DNA of 63,938 nucleotides, filler included, from Thelocarpon superellum (Eukaryota): NCBI GenBank assembly GCA_026025795.1. It is 7 parts of 7 records of this genome, joined end to end, with 100 filler letters (N's around TTAATTAATTAA, not from the genome) between each part and the next. Parts side by side here need not be neighbours in the genome. Positions count along the whole stretch, not along the records: positions 56,720 to 63,938 come from JAPEUG010000641.1; 6 more parts are not named here. One strand, 5' to 3'. Shown piece by piece: positions 61,990 to 63,938 of this stretch (position 1 is its first letter; each line of letters starts with the position of its first letter). The notes under the pieces were generated by a model. It saw only the letters and a program-made list of their open reading frames with translations, ran no database searches and was not told where the DNA came from. The position numbers and the translations under genes were made by a program.

Positions 61990-62378
61990 ATGGCTTTCGT
62001 GTCTCTTCGGTTCGCCCTCGCTGTTTCCTGCGTCATCCTCCTCCTTTATGCAAGTCTTTATGCCAGCATACGCAGACGTTGCATGATTGGATCCTGGTGC
62101 ACACCAATGTCAATTTGTCGGCACTGCCTCATGACAAGATCACCAATCCTTCGCCCCTACATTTTCAACGTCATACTGCGCCTCATCTGTGGCATAATTT
62201 GTGTCTCCGTGGCCTTCTCCGTGCGGCCGGCAAGTATGCAGAGATCTACACCTCCACATTCTTGTCGGCTGGGGAAACGAATGGCAATGGTGAAGGATTC
62301 AATGCGTACAGGCAGAGCTCCAGGTGCCGCGTTGCAGTCCAACCCAACACAAGTCATGTCCTGCAAAGATCCTGCTAG
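61990..62378 (+). CDS. Possible small membrane or secreted protein requiring a GC-AG intron
   Basis: Hydrophobic exon MAFVSLRFALAVSCVILLLY (61990-62049), then a GCAAGT donor and an AAG acceptor at 62138 rejoining in frame to ITNPSPLHF.... The branch site is weak. Confidence 0.25.
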
Positions 62379-62526
62379 GCGCTCTATATAAAGCCAACAT
62401 AATTGCTCGACTATCGAACGACCATGTTTCCATCGCTTCCATCTGCCTTGACTCCCTACGCCCATCACGAACGCTTTGCTCGTCGAATTTGCCTCCACTC
62501 TTCCGGATCTCTTCCATCAAGTCACG

Positions 62527-63224
62527 ATGCGTCTCCATCAGGTTCTCTATGCTACGCCACTCGCAGCTAGCCTCGCGCTTGCAGGCAATATCGCCCCGGA
62601 CTGGAAGAATCATACTACCGCCGAGCTTGCCGTGCCATACAACTTTACAAAGGTCATCCTGACCGCCGAAGAATATTCATGCATCGAGCCGGTTACTCAA
62701 CAGGTCGGGAATGAAACCGCCTCTCTTGGCAGCGACGCGGTCGCGAAAGGCATCAGTGATCAGCAGGCGTATGGCAGCCTCAACTGGACCCTCTTCGACC
62801 ACCTCGTCCATGTGCGATATCCTGAGGCGAAAGTGATCTGGGGCTTCTACCTGCCCTCGTCGCCGTACAATGGGAGCAACACCACGGAAATCCTGGCGAA
62901 CGTGACCAGCGCCGTCGAGCAGAGCGTAAGTAGTGTCGTACCCATGCCGTGCAAGAGATGCGTGGTGATGACAATCGTGGCCACAAACAGGGTGGAATCC
63001 AGGTGCCCATGCCGGCAGACGTATGGGGCTACGAATATGCCCTCAACGTTTCCTTCCAAACAACGCTTGACTGGTGGTTCGAAACAACGGTCTTGCAGTC
63101 CTCATATTCCGCGGGAGGGTCGGTTTGGCCTTTGAACGGCTTCTTTGGCACCAATTTCACCTGCGGCTCCAACACGAGCGAGTCTGCCTCGACCCTGCAG
63201 CGGCAGCGCCGATGGGCCGCGTGA
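62527..63224 (+). CDS. Orphan secreted, sequon-rich protein (210 aa)
   Basis: TATATAAA near 62385, signal peptide MRLHQVLYATPLAASLALA, and a GTAAGT..CAG phase-0 intron 62926-62990 joining the two ORFs in frame. Confidence 0.75.
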
Positions 63225-63850
63225 GCGCGCGCGTAGCACGAGGGCGCAGTACCGGATTCATGCTTTTGTGGTGGAAGGGAGATAGAGGCTCTCTTCCCAA
63301 AAAGATACTGGTGATTCCTGCATGCCAGTTGTTGTCCTTGCTTTCGTGCTTTGTGCTTTGTACTTTGTGCTGTTAGCCAGTCAGTCCTTACCACACATCT
63401 CAGCACCTGCCAGTCGAGATGGTTCTGCATTGAGACGATCACTTCCAGCTCCATCGCATTCTTGTCTCCGTCCTTGTCCTTGCTGCTCCCATCTCTCATT
63501 TTCTTTTCGCCATCAGCGTTTGTACCGCCTGTGCGCGGTCTGTGTGCGGTATCGACCATAGATCATAGAACTGAACTCAATCGACACAACTTGCGGGATA
63601 TATTTCGACCCTGCCAGATCTGACAAAATAAAGCACGACGAAGCTGCGCCCCTCCCCCTGGCCCCCCATCTTCCTCCTCACCGGGACACCTGCTTTTTGA
63701 AACTCAAATCAAAGGGTATCATCACTCTCGCTGCACGCTCACATTCACATCCACATTCACGCCCACGCTCACGAGTGCTCACACTTGAGTTCAAGCTCGT
63801 GTTGACTCTCTCGTTCCACGTCGCATCGTTCATGAATCAATCGTGATCAG

Positions 63851-63938
63851 ATGATGATGAGCTACACCCACACCGATCAGTCATCGGATCTGTCGAGCAA
63901 CCGCGCACCAGAACCCACCTCGATCAGTTTCCCCACCA
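63851..63938 (+). CDS. Possible N-terminus of the next gene, cut by the window end
   Basis: ATGATGATG opens a frame (MMMSYTHTDQ...) that runs to the window end after a pyrimidine-rich leader. Confidence 0.3.
   Translation, partial: MMMSYTHTDQSSDLSSNRAPEPTSISFPT

Noticed and set aside
1..63938. CRISPR arrays, rRNA genes, secondary-metabolite backbone genes or prokaryote-type defence systems
   Set aside because: None of their signatures is present. The sequence is intron-rich fungal housekeeping DNA.

Overview
GC-rich, intron-containing DNA from a filamentous ascomycete (Pezizomycotina-like genes and GT..CTRAC..AG introns). The window is not one continuous locus. It is seven pieces joined by identical artificial 100-nt linkers (N44-TTAATTAATTAA-N44), and the five internal contigs fall in decreasing length (9403, 9390, 9377, 9272, 9258 nt), so neighbourhood across linkers means nothing. 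Most genes are conserved housekeeping genes: CDC45, a TFIIIC tau60/Sfc9-like subunit, SEC9, flbC, an E2 enzyme, SEC11, a BTB protein, a DUF1640 protein, CDC123, CWC21, ECI1, PET100, a TACO1/YebC-like protein, fructosamine kinase, ERG4, UBP3, a taspase-like protein, ARP3, TRM2, MRPS5, DAD3, and an SDR plus MFS pair. Several orphan secreted proteins are also present. The most notable unexplained features are: a ~91-bp TG...CA element with terminal inverted repeats present in two ~91%-identical copies on unrelated contigs (solo-LTR/TRIM/MITE-like); a sequon-rich secreted orphan with a weak resemblance to Cyt/volvatoxin proteins; a candidate structured ncRNA at a contig end; probable dual-start targeting of TRM2; and a His/Gly/Pro-rich secreted protein missed by the ORF track. 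I found no clearly new multi-gene system. All family calls come from motif recognition, not database searches.
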